A stretch of DNA of 64,000 bases, from NCBI GenBank assembly GCA_051362555.1, contig CM120640.1:28792503-28856502 (forward strand), given 5' to 3'. The notes beneath the pieces were generated by a model. That model made no database searches and had not been told where the DNA came from. It saw only the letters and a list, made by a program, of their open reading frames with translations. The DNA is from Lingula anatina. Its lineage: Eukaryota > Animalia > Brachiopoda. Positions 63,001-64,000 of this stretch are shown here, in pieces (position 1 is the first letter of the stretch; the number at the start of each line of letters is the position of its first letter). A program made the position numbers and the translations under genes.

Positions 63001-64000
63001 AAAATTTCAGTTTTAATTAATACAATACTACAGAAAAGATCAGTAGATGGTTGTTTGAAATAAACATATCGAAAATAAGTCGGTTCATGAAGGATGTGCT
63101 ATTTCTTGAAACACTAGAGCAGCGCTTGAAAACAGTAGGGAATCACAATAAAAATGGTACAATTAGCCAAACTGTACGTGTGTGCGCGTGTATGTATTAA
63201 GCTAACATAACCAAATGTATATTGAAATCGGGCATGAAGCCTGACTGTGTTTTGTAGGATAGATGACAGAGAGTTAGTGTAGATATTTATGAAGGCGAAT
63301 GATCACCACGTCAGTGGTGCATTTGTCTGCCCAGAGCAGCTACCTATCCTATATTTTCTTGATATCTGCCAGGTGGCGTATAGGAGCGTGGGGGCACTGC
63401 TCCACTACGTGTGGGAGGGGCACGCAGACCCGCTCAGTGCAGTGTATTCAACAGTTGGCGCGTGGGGAAGATTTCACCGCCGCAGTGCCCGAGGATTTCT
63501 GTCCAGTACCGAAACCAGAGAGCGACAGGGAATGTAACCTCGCTGAATGCCCCCCTTTCTGGCATGTTGGAAACTGGACTACGGTATGATTTATAGTGAT
63601 TTTGATATAAAAGTATTTTCAAAAATACATTGACATTCATAGTAAGAATATCCGTTAATTCAAATGAAATTGCAAATAGGGAGAAGACGAAAAAATTATA
63701 GACATTGACTTAAAGTGATAAATACAAATTGAAATATATTAACCAGGTTAATGATTTCATTCAGTATAAATTTTGAATAATTGAGGTACACAGATGGTTA
63801 TTTCTCTTATACAGGCAGAACACTGTCAAAATTTTGCTGGCATTTGTTTTGCATTTCAGTGTTCTACACCTTGTGGCGGCGGTCTGCAGAGTCGTATGGT
63901 TATGTGTCAACAAGTGACTCCCACAGGAACAATAATAAAAGTAACAAATGAAGCCGAGTGCTTAGAAGAAAGGCCGTTGGCAGAAAGGAAATGCAATTCC
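50588..64000 (+). CDS. ADAMTS-like protein, ADAMTSL1/3 (punctin / MADD-4-like); 3' end lies outside the window
   Basis: Exons 50588-50659 (signal peptide [24 protein letters not shown]), 54290-54439 (TSR1 [25 protein letters not shown]), 54653-54886 (Cys-rich, [11 protein letters not shown]), 55388-55544, 55925-56057, 56322-56523, 59807-59945, 61367-61556, 61774-61904, 62291-62431, 62839-62968, 63373-63583, 63860-64000+. Repeated TSP1 modules (W..CS.TCG.G...R.V.C). No prodomain or metalloprotease domain. Confidence 0.9.
50709..50756. repeat. (CT)n microsatellite
   Basis: Directly visible. Confidence 0.95.
54044..54085. repeat. (TA)n microsatellite
   Basis: Directly visible. Confidence 0.95.
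56781..59629 (+). mobile_element. Helentron-associated non-autonomous element (HINE/DINE-1-like), tandem dimer with internal satellite repeats, in an ADAMTSL intron
   Basis: Starts in a T-run. 5' hairpin ATGTACAGACACA-GA-TGTGTCTGTACAT (56788-56815), then a (GTCGCC/GATGCC)n microsatellite and ~160-bp tandem units (AAAACGCAGGTCAAGTTCGAAAATCAGCAT near 56961, 57120, 57280). Second head at 58014. 3' subterminal TGTCTGTACAT (59595-59605), short hairpin GACAGC-TTT-GCTGCC, then a T-run. Confidence 0.85.
60240..60266 (+). other. Candidate 27-nt in-frame cassette microexon of the ADAMTSL gene
   Basis: Pyrimidine tract ttttcttccgttttttgtttgaaag|, exon CTGAGACGAACGACCGATCAGGGCAAG, donor |GTAAGG. Phase 1-1, matching the host intron, adding AETNDRSGQ. 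Confidence 0.6.
61926..62139. mobile_element. MITE family 1, copy B, in an ADAMTSL intron
   Basis: TIRs ATTCCCAGACATTTAGATCGAT ... ATCGATCTAATCTCTGGGAAT, flanked by TTT/TTT. Interior is the reverse complement of 22035-22260. Confidence 0.85.

Overview
Eukaryotic, AT-rich, intron-containing genomic DNA from an invertebrate animal. Gene and repeat style suggest a lophotrochozoan, probably a mollusc, but this is inference. Splicing by hand gives seven protein-coding genes: HAUS6 (-, 22 coding exons, ~1296 aa), SDHAF4 (+, 125 aa), NCBP1/CBP80 (-, 23 exons, one U12-type intron), an intron-poor acyl-CoA oxidase-family gene with a mitochondrial-type presequence and no PTS1 (+, 673 aa), a divergent pair of N-formylglutamate-amidohydrolase-like (Zn-exopeptidase fold) paralogues (one secreted and strongly cationic, one lacking a signal peptide), and the 5' part of an ADAMTSL1/3 (punctin/MADD-4-like) gene that runs off the window end. 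Introns carry PIF/Harbinger-type MITEs with 3-bp target duplications and a 2.8-kb Helentron-associated (HINE/DINE-1-like) tandem element. Best candidates for new biology: the secreted/intracellular amidohydrolase pair and the oxidase with a possible uORF-controlled targeting switch. Exon coordinates were read by eye from GT-AG boundaries and reading-frame continuity. No database searches were run.
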